DNA from: Chiloscyllium plagiosum
Taxonomy: Eukaryota
Length of the DNA: 64,000 nt
NCBI RefSeq assembly: GCF_004010195.1
Contig: NC_057719.1
Span: forward strand, 39,732,252-39,796,251
Direction: 5' to 3'
This document shows positions 1 through 10,539 of the stretch, piece after piece; positions within the stretch are counted from its first letter, which is position 1; every line of letters begins with the position of its first letter. The translations under genes were made by a program, and so were the position numbers. The notes below the pieces were generated by a model. It saw nothing but the letters and a program-made list of their open reading frames with translations, searched no databases and had not been told where the DNA came from.

Positions 1-69
1 TGTTCCATGCTGCCTTGAAGACATTGAAGCCTCACTGGGGAATGTTTCCATGGATACTGGCTACCCTCT

Positions 70-355
70 GCTGCGTCACCAATATCCATGTGTGGCTCAT
101 AATAATGATCACTGGCAGTGTGTTTAGCTACAGGAAACAATGCAATTGAACTAGTCCTGTCCTCACCCAATATCCCCACAGACATGTTTCCAACAGGGGT
201 TTCTCAATAATGGTTATGTGTAGCATCAAAGCTGGTATTACATTCCCTAATGCATGAGTACAGAGGCAAATTGTAGCCTTTTGAGATCAGCTATTCAGCA
301 TAAACTATGAATTGGAATCTTCCTGTTCTATATGGCTCTGCTGTCAATGGATAAT
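70..355 (-). mobile_element. Ancient SINE relic (AmnSINE2-like)
   Basis: GTCCTGTCCTCACCC...TTTCCAACAGGGG, AATTGTAGC and GAGATCAGCTA..CAGCA resemble the reverse complement of an old vertebrate SINE body, as recalled. Family name is uncertain. Confidence 0.45.
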
Positions 356-859
356 CTGGCTGGATCACAAGGTAGGCCTCACCTTCCAGATTTAACGTCA
401 ACTAATTTTTGCTTTATGATACAAATATTATTCTCGTCCTAGGATTTCTGACAATAAAAGGTCAAATAAATAATACAACAGATCCATAATAATGAGAAAT
501 GCAAAAGGTTGTTTGCATTGATCACTTCAAGCCTGGGCATAAGTTATTTTCTATTCTCTTTAATTACTTCAGTTCTATGCTTGGGTTTCTCAATGTGTGA
601 ATAGAAAAAGAATCACCCCAAGGCCTCTACCAATCTTTGTGTTCAGTAAATAACTGAGTTGCAAGAGTAACACAGATTGTTATTTTTGAAGATTTTATCT
701 TCCTCCAGTAATGTTTGTCAGCTGGGTTGCTGTATTAAGTAAATTGGATAACAAATGGAACTCAAGCCATTGAAATCACCTCACAAAAAATAAATTGCAA
801 AGATATGTGTAAATAGAAGGTGAAAATGAGAAATTGGCCCAATGTAATTTTTAAATTAT

Positions 860-1470
860 TACTTCACTCGATGTGGACATTATGGCAAGACCATGCCTAA
901 TTGCCCTTGAACCGAGAGGCTTCAGAGGCCATTTCTGAGGGCATTTAAGAGTTTAAAACGTTGCCGTTGCTCTGGAATCATATGTAGGCCCAACTACAAG
1001 TCAAGAATGGCAGATTTCCTTCCCTAAACAACATTAGTGAGCCAGATGTGTTTTTACAACATTCAATGATAATCTCATTGTCACCATTACTGAGACCATA
1101 TTTAGATTAGATTAGATTAGATTACAGTGTGGAAACAGGCCCTTCGGCCCAACAAGTCCACACCGACCCGCCGAATCGAAACCCACCCATACCCCTACAT
1201 TTACCCCTTACCTAACACTACAGGCAATTTAGTATGGCCAATTCACCTGACCCTGCACATCTTTGGATGGTGGGAGGAAACCGGAGCACCCGGAGGAAAC
1301 CCACGCAGACACGGGGAGAACGTGCAAACTCCACACAGTCAGTCGCCTGAGACGGGAATTTATTTATTATTAAATATATTATTACATTTAAATTGCACTA
1401 GCTGCCAGATCCCCACCGCATTAGCTTGGATCTCTGGATTAGTGCTGCAGTGATATTACCACTATGTTAC
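860..1470 (-). mobile_element. Shark tRNA-derived SINE (SINE2-type), interrupted by an HE1-type SINE
   Basis: CTAATTGCCCTTG...TGGAATCATATGTAGGCC...GGCAGATTTCCTTCCCTAA..CATTAGTGA...CTCTGGATTAG..CAGTGATATTACCAC. The same family recurs near 23800, 35680, 37705 and 49265. Confidence 0.7.
1102..1360 (-). mobile_element. HE1-type SINE (5'-truncated)
   Basis: (TTAGA)n tail followed by CAGTGTGGAAACAGGCCCTTCGGCCC...GGGAGGAAACCGGAGCACCCGGAGGAAACCCACGCAGAC; about nine copies in the window. Confidence 0.9.
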
Positions 1471-1479
1471 TATCTTACC

Positions 1480-2110
1480 CAATTTCTAGTGCAAGTGTCT
1501 AAGGTTGAACCAGATTGATCAAAATTTTCCAACCACATATCTACACAATTATTAGGACCACCTATCCATAACATCACCTGACTCCCTTCCTGTTTCAAAT
1601 CATCCATATTGTTGTTACCTCGAGATTTAACTATTCCAATGCAGTTCAGGCCAGTCTCCCCCAATCTGTAAACTTGAAGTCTGTAAACCTATTGCTTTTA
1701 TCCTAACTTGCATTAGGTTCCATTCACCTATCACCACGGTGCTTACAGGCCTACATTGTCTACTAGTTAAGTCACACCTCACTTTTTAAATAATTATTAT
1801 CCTCATTTGAAACACATCCATGGCCTTGCTCTTGCCAATTTTCATAATCCCCTCCAGTGTCTTAACCTTGCAAGATATCTGCACTCCTCTAATTCTGGGC
1901 TCTTGGGCATCCCTAATTTCAATCACTCCATTATTGGTGGCTGCACCTAAATCTGCCAAGGCCTTAAATCCCCCTGGAATTCCCTTTCTGAACCTTTCCA
2001 CACCTATACCTCTCAAGATGCTCCATGCAACCATTGATCAAGCTTTAGATCATCCGGCCTAATATCTATTCATATGGCTTGGTATCAGATTTTGATGTAC
2101 AAATGCTGCT
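1480..2110 (+). mobile_element. Degraded L2-like LINE 3' region
   Basis: Decayed coding pattern (TTTTAAA.TAATTATCCTC...TCCATGGCCTTGCTC, CTGGAATTCCCT) typical of L2 ORF2 C-terminus; many indels. Confidence 0.5.
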
Positions 2111-2692
2111 GTCAGGACAATTTAATTAATGCACATGAACATTATGTTTATGTTATCCTAATCTGTGCATAAATTTGCATTAAAAGTGCTTTTGAATATG
2201 ATAACAATATTTATTGTTCGCAATAAAATGTAATCTTTGAAACATTGGATCCAATTACCATTCTAATGATGATGCTTTTTCACCAAAACAGATAATGAAA
2301 GAATATAAGGTGTAAGATGGTTTTCCTTTATTCCTTTCCCTAGACAGGCAGTATCAGCAGAGTATTAACCTTGTTTGAAAAAAGTCACCTTGCTCTGTGT
2401 ATTTGTTTATGCAAGTTAAGGAGACCTTTGACTGAGATTTGGAAGCAAGTCAAACAACAAAACAACAGACTGGCACATGAAGCAGCTAAAATGAGGGAGC
2501 CAGGCCTAAGTCGATATCAGAGGCACTTTTTTCAAAAATGATAGTGGAAATCTTGTGGGCAAGAAATGCATTCATCTAACACGAAAGCACTTGCAACAAA
2601 AACCTGGAAAAAGGAGAAAGAAACTCACATTTACACAGACCATTGATGAAATAAATCAAACTAATGCACACTATAAAAAATATATCTTCTAG

Positions 2693-2822
2693 GAGAAAGT
2701 GAGGACGGCAGATGCTGGAGATGCTGCAAATCCTGAAGAAGGGCTCATGTCCGAAACGTTGATTCTCCTGCTCCTTGGATGCTGCCTGACCTGCTGCGCT
2801 TTTCCAGCAACACATTTTCAGC
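2693..2822 (+). mobile_element. Penelope-like pseudo-LTR mini-insertion with short inverted 5' segment
   Basis: GAGAAAGTGAGGAC.GCAGATGCTGGAGAT joined to an opposite-orientation pLTR; flanked by an imperfect ~21-bp duplication CTATAAAAAAT(A/G)TAT..TAG (2671-2692 and 2822-2842). Confidence 0.8.
2729..2764 (+). ncRNA. Minimal hammerhead ribozyme motif (Penelope-associated)
   Basis: AATC-CTGAAGA-A-GGGC-TCAT-GTCC-GAAAC-GTT-GATT: CUGANGA and GAAA cores, stem II, stem I AATC/GATT, and palindromic AACGTT in place of stem III. Confidence 0.7.
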
Positions 2823-2849
2823 TATAAAAAATGTATGTTTAGTAAAGAG

Positions 2850-2955
2850 AACCAAAAACAGAAATAGTCGGAAAAACTCAACAGTCTGGCAGCATCTGTG
2901 GAGAGAAAGCAGAGTTAAGTTTGTGGGTCCAGCATCCGCAGTTCTGTTGTTTTGT
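2850..2955 (-). mobile_element. Penelope-like pseudo-LTR fragment (older family)
   Basis: AAAAACAGAAAT...AAACTCAACAGTCTGGCAGCATCTGTGGAGAGAAAGCAGAGTTAA; same family near 5760, 24036, 46910, 48340, 49525, 54020 and 59305. Confidence 0.7.
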
Positions 2956-3574
2956 TGTTTGGTACAGAGATTAGTCACTGTGATTTCCCGTTCCTTTATG
3001 TGTAATATTATTAAAATAAAAGTGATCAAATAGATTAAAACTGTCAAAACCTTGGATTTAGGTTTGCAGGTCTGGAGAACGGTCCCAAAATTGGATGAAG
3101 CTGCAAATAGACAAAGGGACCTCAATGCATAATTAAGCCCAGCTAGTTGAAACCAATGCAGGCAGTATGCTAACTTCCTGCCGCCTGGTCACTGAATTAA
3201 TTGTAGCATGCAGCCAGCACTGAGTGTGCTGTTGAGTGGTTACATGCCTGAACGTGAGAAGCAAAATTATAAGAGGTTAGTTCAAGATAGTCTGTGCTAT
3301 TTAAAACCAACCTACACCTCTTATAGGGTAGTTGCAATTTAACTGGAACAAATGATGAACGTCATTATAAAGGTGGCTTATTTTTTTCTCCGAATGAATT
3401 CAATGCTCTCACCACTGTAGTATGGTTTTGATTCCCAATCAGAAAACAAGGGTTTTTATGATTCATGGTTGTGTCCCTACCTCTGGCCAGAAGGTCCAGC
3501 TTCAAGATCCAGGTGCCTCAGACACATGTCATAACATATCTGAACAGAGGTTGAATAAAAATAATCGCGAAGTC

Positions 3575-3885
3575 TAGAGTCTAGAACCAAGGATTACAGT
3601 CTTTGGATATGGGTAGGCCATTTAGAACTGAGATGAGGAAATATCTCTTCACTCCAAGGACAGTCTCGTGGAATTCTTTACCATCAAAGGCTTTGGAGGC
3701 TGAGTCACTGAAAACAATCAAGGAAGGGATAGATTTATTTTAGATATTAAAGGCATCAAGGATTTATGGAGAGAAAGTGGGAACACAGCATTGCGACAAG
3801 GGATAAGTCAGAAGCATATTGAATGGTAAAAAAGACTCAATGAGCTGAATGGTCTACCCATGCTCCTAGATTCTACCATTCTGTG
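3575..3885 (+). mobile_element. CR1-type LINE 3' end
   Basis: GAGTCTAGAACC...TTTAGAACTGAGATGAGGAAA..TCTTCACT...GTGGAATTCTTTACC, followed by the 3' UTR stem region. Confidence 0.75.
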
Positions 3886-3917
3886 TAAAAGTGAGTTTGA
3901 CCTGGGAAAGACACAGA

Positions 3918-4900
3918 ATGGCATAGCACGGTAGAAAATGGGGTTCAAAACTTTCTGATGCTACAGTGGAGGTTGTGGAATGCAATGGGCAGAGGAAGAG
4001 GCATGTTAGGTATTCACAAGAGATCACAAGACCATTCAGACAAGTATTGCAAAGGCACTTTAAACAGATGGTGGCATGGTCAATGCCAGGGATTAAGCCT
4101 CAAGTGTCTGGGCATAATAAACCAAGAAGTTTGATAACCTCATACAAGTGGTCAAGACCTGTAAATAAATCTCAAAATGCCATCTTTCATTATTTGCCCT
4201 GGGTGCTCACACACTGCTTGATTCACTACACCTTTATCACTCACATACCAATACCTTTTGCCAAATACAACACATACTAAGATCACAACTTCACCTCACT
4301 TTCACACAAATAGCACGGCTGCAAATGGGTGTCATGGTGGCTCAGTGGTTAGCACTGCTTCCTCATGGTGCCAGGGACCTGGATTCGAATCTCGCCTCAG
4401 GTGACTGTCTGTGTGGAGTTTGCATATTCTCCCCATGTCTGCATGGGTTTCCTTAGCGTGCTCTGGTTTCCTCCGACAATGTGCAGGTCAGCTGAATTGG
4501 CCATGCTAAAATTGTTCATAGTGTTAGGTGCATTAGTCAGGGGTAAATATAGGATAAGGGAAGGGGTCTGGATGGGTTACTCTTCTGAGGGTCAGTGTGG
4601 ACTTGTTGGGCCATATGGCCTGTTTCCCTACTGTAGGGAATCTAATCTAATCTAACCATACATCTCACTGACTATTATTGACTATCACTTCACCTAAACA
4701 CATCGCACCACATTCACTATCACAATTTTCTTTCTCCTGCAGGATAAGATGGTATATAACCTGGGACAGCAATACCTAAACAGCAAGCACAGGGATGGCT
4801 AACTGCCCTTATGTATATGGTGAGGTTATGCTTAGCATTGTTAGCATTGCCATGTCTGAGATTGGACCCAACTGTGAAACATACTCCCAACTTCTACTGC
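3918..4900 (+). pseudogene. Degenerate Myb/SANT-like ORF of a PIF/Harbinger-type transposon (two-exon remnant)
   Basis: Frameshifted translation gives ..SDATVEVV.. and KKFDNLIQVVK (ending 4156), then acceptor TTTCTCCTGCAG (4742) and DKMVYN. This resembles the FSDxxLExLV / KKFNDL / DKxAHN pattern of Harbinger Myb-like proteins. Confidence 0.45.
4327..4655 (+). mobile_element. HE1-type SINE
   Basis: tRNA-like head GGTGGCTCAGTGGTTAGCACTGCT, B-box-like GATTCGAATC, (TCTAA)n tail. Confidence 0.9.
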
Positions 4901-5014
4901 AGTATCAGCTGGAGCAGTGTAATGTTAAAGTGTGCAGTGGTAGCTCAGATGTCTTTCATTCTAGCATTGTCTGCTGCCATGGAACTTCAGACTGCTGCCA
5001 CAATGCTGTGGATA

Positions 5015-5233
5015 TAGATAGTTCTTCTATAATGCAATGGTTGCGTTCTTGTGCAACCCTGTATTATAGAAGAATCGTACTTTAGAAACAGCGCTTAAAG
5101 TGCTGGCAATGTAATCGCGTTACAGCCAACACATGTCTTAAAAGTTCGTGCTTTAAAAACAGAGTCCTCAATTCATCAATTGCGTTACAGCGAATTTGCG
5201 TTGATGGCATCCACGTTATAATAGAACAACCTG
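5015..5233. mobile_element. Tc1/mariner (Tigger-like) MITE
   Basis: TA-flanked imperfect terminal inverted repeats: left TAGATAGTTCTTCTATAATGC, reverse complement of right CAGGTTGTTCTATTATAACGT. Confidence 0.7.
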
Positions 5234-5757
5234 TACTAGTCAGGTCTTAAATAGTCTTGCAGTTGGTGCAGCTATTATAGTTCAACACCTTATTACAGTT
5301 GCTAAGGTGGATCTCTGGGAGACTGGCAACTGACTTGCTGTCCTCGGAACAGGATGACAATATACATCTTCCCATGTCTGCCACTTAGTTGCTGCTCTTG
5401 CTGCTGTTAGAAGCCCACTTATATTGGTTTGTCTATGCTAAGATGGTGCAGGTTGAAGCTGGATACTACAGAGCCAGAGCTACACAAGGTCAATATTGCA
5501 AAGCTATCTGAAATTCTCCCAGTGAAAATCACCAGTCTTCTCCAGCAAAGCTGTAGCTACGGTAACACTGCAGTAGAGCACTAGACCAGGCCAAGTACCA
5601 GAACAACAAGAACTGAGGAAATGTGCAAAGATCATAAACTAATCCTTATAGGAAATGTGACATGGTTTGATTTTAAAAATTGATTTGAAATGTTTATTGA
5701 GTTGATGCTTTTAATATTTGGGAATCTGGCAAAGTGGACAGGACTTAGAACAAGGAG

Positions 5758-5893
5758 ATAAAAGCAAAATGCTGCGGATGCTGGAAATATGAAGCAAACA
5801 CAGAAAATGCTGGAGACATCTGGCAAGACTGGCAGCGTCTGTGCAGTAAGAAACAGAGTTAACATTACGAGTCTGGTATGTCTACTCTTCAGA
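5758..5893 (-). mobile_element. Penelope-like pseudo-LTR with decayed hammerhead core
   Basis: Minus strand reads CTGAAGAGTAGACATACCAGACTCGTAATGTTAAC followed by the pLTR body. Confidence 0.7.
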
Positions 5894-6135
5894 GCAGTGA
5901 GGGCTATATGAAGGACCAATAACTGGATCCTGGGCCTCCAGAGGGACCACTGTGCTCTGGTCAAAGTGGGGCAATTGTGTTCAGGTTGGGGATCAAGGGT
6001 GGGGCAGGGGGCTAGGGCCAGAAGTAGCACGAGGGCCCATGACTTTTGTCCTTTGCCCTACATTTGAATGCTGTGATGGTTAGTAACAGAGGAAAAGTAA
6101 GGTTGTTGGGGAGAAGGTTAAGAGGTGACTTAGAG

Positions 6136-6261
6136 GAGAAAGTGAGGTCTGCAGAAGGGCATCGTCGATCACGTCGGGGGGGAAATTGCGGTCCTTGAAG
6201 AAGGAGGCCGTCTGTGTTGTGCGTATTTTGAACTGGTCCTCCTGGGAGCAGATGCGGCGGA
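6136..6261 (-). mobile_element. Penelope-like fragment (pLTR tip fused to ORF piece)
   Basis: GAGAAAGTGAGGTCTGCAG terminus joined to the minus-strand peptide RRICSQEDQFKIRTTQTASFFKDRNFPPDVIDDAL (post-RT helix-turn region of PLEs). Confidence 0.75.
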
Positions 6262-6605
6262 TAGAGACATACAAGATGATCAGATGGTTAGATAGCGTGG
6301 ACAATGAGAACCTTTTTCCTCAGATGGTGATGGCTAGCACGAGGGGATATAGCTTTAAATTGAGGGGTGATAGATATAGGACAGTTGTCAGTGGTAGTTT
6401 ATTTCTCAGTGAGTAGTAAGGGCATGGAATGCCCTGCTTGCAACAATAGGAGACTCGCCTACTTTAATGTCATTTAAAGGGTCGTTGGATAAACATATGG
6501 ATGATAATGGAATAGTGTAGGTTAGATGAGCTTCAGATTGGTTTCACAGGCCAGCACAGCATCGAGGGCTGAAGGGCCTGTACTGCACTGTTATTTTCTA
6601 TATTG
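6262..6605 (+). mobile_element. CR1/HER1-type LINE 3' end
   Basis: IETYKMIRWLDSVD...TRGYSFKL peptide and GGGCTGAAGGGCCTGTACTGCACTG tail. Confidence 0.85.
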
Positions 6606-7029
6606 AATGTAGTATTGAGTTTTCATACATTACTAGATGAGTTGATCATAGCCAGGCTTGCTGTGCAGGGTTATGGTGGTGGCCTCTTCCACCTCCTCAG
6701 GTGTTTGTCATATAAATGGCAGCGAGGGATTTGCCCTCATGATCATGAGTTTGTGCAGTGTGCTGTAGACAGCAACAAATTATGACATGTATTCTGCTGA
6801 GTGCAGCACAACTGAGTCCGGGCAATAGAAATATTGTTTAAGCTTTTTAATGATCTGCTATATCACAATCTGTCTGGCAGAATGGCTTTCATTGTGTACA
6901 TATTCCTCAACGTGCATGGCTTACACTTTGGTACCAGAGCCATGTTATCAAAACCTTGTCACCCAAAAGTATACTGATGGTTTGTTGTGGTGTAAGTGGA
7001 CCACTGAAGAAAGAAGTTGCCAAGATAGG

Positions 7030-7578
7030 TTAGGCCATTTTTGAATACTGTGTTCAATTCTGGTCCCCCCAGATATAGGAAAAATATTGTTAAGCTTGAA
7101 AGGGTTCAGAAAAGATTTACAAAGATGTTGCCAGGATTGGAAGGTTTGAGCTATACGGAGAGGTTGAATAGGCTATGTCAAAGGCTGGGAGGTTACCTTA
7201 CTGAGGCTGAAAAAATCATGAGGGGTGTGGATAGGATGAATAGCCAAGGTTTTTTTCCCAGTGTAGGGGAGTCTAAAGCTCTAAGTCATAAGTTTAAGGT
7301 GAAAGGAAAAAGATTTAAAAGGGGTCCGAGGGGAAACATTTTCACGCAGAGGATGGTGCATGTATAGAATGAGCCGCCAGAGGAGTTGGTAGAGGATGGT
7401 ACAATTACAACACTTAAAAGGCATCTGGATGGCTAAATGAATAGGAAGGGTTTAGAGGGATATGGGCCAAATGCTGACAAATGGGACTAAATTAGGATAG
7501 GATATCTAGTCAGCATGGATGAATTGGACTGAAGGGTCAGCTTCCATGCCGTACATCTCTATGATTCTGTGACTCTAT
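7030..7578 (+). mobile_element. CR1/HER1-type LINE 3' fragment
   Basis: KLERVQKRFTKMLPGLEGLSY.ERLNRL peptide; CTCTATGATTCTGTGACTCTAT tail. Confidence 0.9.
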
Positions 7579-7669
7579 ATTGGGCATTGACTTATGTAAG
7601 ATGTCACACATAGTCACACATCAGCCAGAGGTTAAAGAACCATAATCCTTTCAGTTGTGGTATGTCTCC

Positions 7670-7962
7670 AAATGGATGTTGAAAGGATGTTTCCTCTTGT
7701 GTGAGAATCAAGAACTATGGGCCATTTTACACCGAGATGAGGAAACACTGTTTCTTTGGAATTCCCTTCCTCAAAAGGCAGTGCTTGCAGAATCTTTAAT
7801 TATTTTTAAAACAGGGGTGGAAAGATTCTTGATTACCAAAATTAACATGGATTTGCAGGAATGTAGAGTTGAAGTTAAAATTGGATCAGACATAAACTTA
7901 GTGAATGACATAACAGGCTTGAAGACTTGAGTGACCTGTTCTTGCCCCTTGATTGTATGTTG
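7670..7962 (+). mobile_element. CR1-type LINE 3' fragment
   Basis: LWNSLPQKAV.AESLIIFK peptide. Confidence 0.75.
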
Positions 7963-8983
7963 AAATGCAATATCCAAAGGTGATGCAAATGTAGTCAACA
8001 GCACCGTGCACCACGGAGATTCCTCCAATCGTCACAAAGTTATGCCCCATCTCTACCTGCTGTTGTCTGGCAACATAGATCCATGCTTTCTGAGAATACA
8101 TAATCTCAGTAACTGTTCTAATGCATTAATGGATGGCCAATTGGGGGTTATTGCAACCATTTTGTGTTCCAGTCTGAGAAGAGTCAGGCCTATAAAAGTT
8201 AATAAATACAGTCACAGGCAGTATCTGTCCTTTTCTTGTACTGAGGCTACAGTTGTGGCTACAGTAGTAACAGATGACAGTGATGACACACAGTGAAGGG
8301 GAAATGTCTAACACATTCCTCCTCCCTAAGATTCTAGAAGGAGAGTTGCTCCCTACAAAATCTGGACTGATATATTCTCTTGCTGAGGTACCTTTTCACT
8401 CTCTTTCCCCTTCCAGCAGCTTGTCCTGCTGTTTGCTGCCTCTGCTCATTCTTACTAACTATACTAAGGGAATCAACATATGTCTGGGAAGTGCAGAATC
8501 CTTGAAATCAGGAGATGTGTTACAAACTATAAATACTTGAAGCAACTTTGGAACCAAATACAGCAAAGCTAGTAAATAATTCAACAATTATCCTGTTGAG
8601 GATCCCATTAACTAGAGCTGATTGGGAGAGATAATTGGGAAGGACTGCTGATCATTTGTTCAGTGCTTAAGAGGCAGTGATCATTAAGCTATAAATGGCA
8701 GCAGTAATGTATTATTGGCAGACTGATGTCCCAACCTGCAAACATCTCCTGGACATTCACTGTGCATGCATATATTCTCATCAAATCCAATGAATGGTAT
8801 TGTTAGCCCTAAAAGCTAGCACAGGCATCATGGACATCACTTATGAGACAAACCAGCATTTGTAGCTTCTATAAATCATTTGCCATGGAACCAAAGTCAA
8901 GTACATATATACTTAAATACAAGAAAAATCAATAAAACAAAAATAAAAGGAAATTTATAATATTCCTTAGTTTTTGAACATGT

Positions 8984-9177
8984 CTGAAAATGTGTTGCTG
9001 GAAAAGCACAGCAGGTCAGGCAGCATCCAAGGAGCAGGAGAATCGACGTTTCGGGCATGAGTCCTTCTTCAGGAGCCCTTCTTCTCCTGCTCCTTAGATG
9101 CTGCCTGACCTGCTGCGCTTTTCCAGCAACACATTTTCAGCTCTGATCTCCAGCATCTGCAGTCCTCACTTTCTCCT
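8984..9177. mobile_element. Hairpin-shaped Penelope pseudo-LTR mini-element
   Basis: Two inverted pLTR arms; hammerhead core on the minus strand (9040-9074); 13-bp TSD TTTTTGAACATGT on both sides. Confidence 0.85.
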
Positions 9178-10285
9178 TTTTGAACATGTATCAATACAAG
9201 TGAGGTGAATATTTCTTATTGTTACAATGTACTTTTAGACTAAAGCAAACAAATGTTTAATTCTTTGCAAGGTAGGCAATCAATAAAGGTTGAGTTCTTG
9301 CTCAGAATTGTGGTTCCCTTTTTGTTTTCTTGCCTTTTATGTAGAGATTCATGCCAATTGTTTCTGATATGAGTTTAGGCACCACTTGATTTTGATTCAG
9401 ACTGATGGCTGTGACCTTTTTCCTTGCAGCTACAGTTGCAAAATATTTTCTGGATGGCTAGAGTTCATAGGCAAGAGTTCTCATTAAGAAGGCGTTTTCT
9501 GCATGGGAGAAACACTCGGAGCTCATTAGCAATTCTGTTTAAGGTTTTCAAACAGTTGGTGGTCTCAGCAGTAGACAGCCTCTACTATTTTACTAACAGC
9601 CAACTGTCTGTTCAAATCATATTTAAACACAAGTTTATTTAAAATCATTTTGTTCCATTCATCATTTTCTATGTAGTTAAGTCTAATCACTTGCAGACAC
9701 ATTGATAGTGTCTTCTGCTGGTAGAAAAAAAAGGACATTGTTTCTTTCCATCTTACATATTTTGTTAAATCTTAAGCTTTTGACATATATTGTTATTTTT
9801 TACCAGAACCTTAATAAACACATTAATTTTACTTCCATCTCTTTTGTTTATGTATTTAGTCAAGTTTTGCTTTTGTGTGGATATCCATTAATGAAACTGA
9901 AAGAGATAAGACATTTTTATTTATTCATGAGATGTGGATGTCACTGGCTAAGCCAGCATTTATTTCCCATTTCTAAATTGCTTTGAGAAGTTGGTGGTGA
10001 GTCCATTTGGTGTAAGTGCATTTATAGTAGTGTTAGGAAGGTTGTAGTTGCACTTACAGTAATAATAAGGAGGGAGTTCCAAGATTTTGACCCAGTGCCA
10101 TTAAGGAATAGTGATATATTGACTTGAAATGGAAATTGCTGGTGGTGGTCATGTGTGTTTTCTGCCCTTGTCCTTCTAGATGGTGCTTCTTGTGAGTTTG
10201 GAAGGTGCTGTCCAAGATAGCAGTGTCATTATGGAGGAAGTGTTAGGATCCTGACCCCACATGCTCCAGGCCAACCCAATTCTTT

Positions 10286-10286
10286 T

Positions 10287-10311
<25 letters not shown>
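10286..10311. repeat. (CT)n microsatellite
   Basis: Direct observation. Confidence 0.95.
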
Positions 10312-10319
<8 letters not shown>

Positions 10320-10539
10320 ATTTTCTGTAATTTTCATTCTCTTTTATTTCATCTGACGTTGTAGGGAAGCCAGAGTGGTGTTGGACACTTGGCAGCAACA
10401 GCAATGGCATGTTGTAGACTTCGGTAGGTCGGGAACTCGGTTGGTCATCGGCTGCAGCAGAGCTTGGTGCCCTGAGTGTGGCTGCAATAGACCCACAACG
10501 GGAATTCAATGGGTCAAGGAGGCAAGGACCCATGCCATC

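Noticed and set aside
1127..1453. Recurring ORFs (MWKQALRPNK..., FGLWEETGAPGGNPRR)
   Set aside because: These are translations of HE1-type SINE copies, not genes.
2576..3125. ORFs MCCWKSAAGQAASKEQ / MLPDLLRFSSNTFS
   Set aside because: These are translations of the Penelope pLTR; the same peptides recur at 57206 and 60511.
4327..4410. SINE heads as tRNA genes
   Set aside because: They have A/B boxes but no complete cloverleaf, and they continue into SINE bodies.
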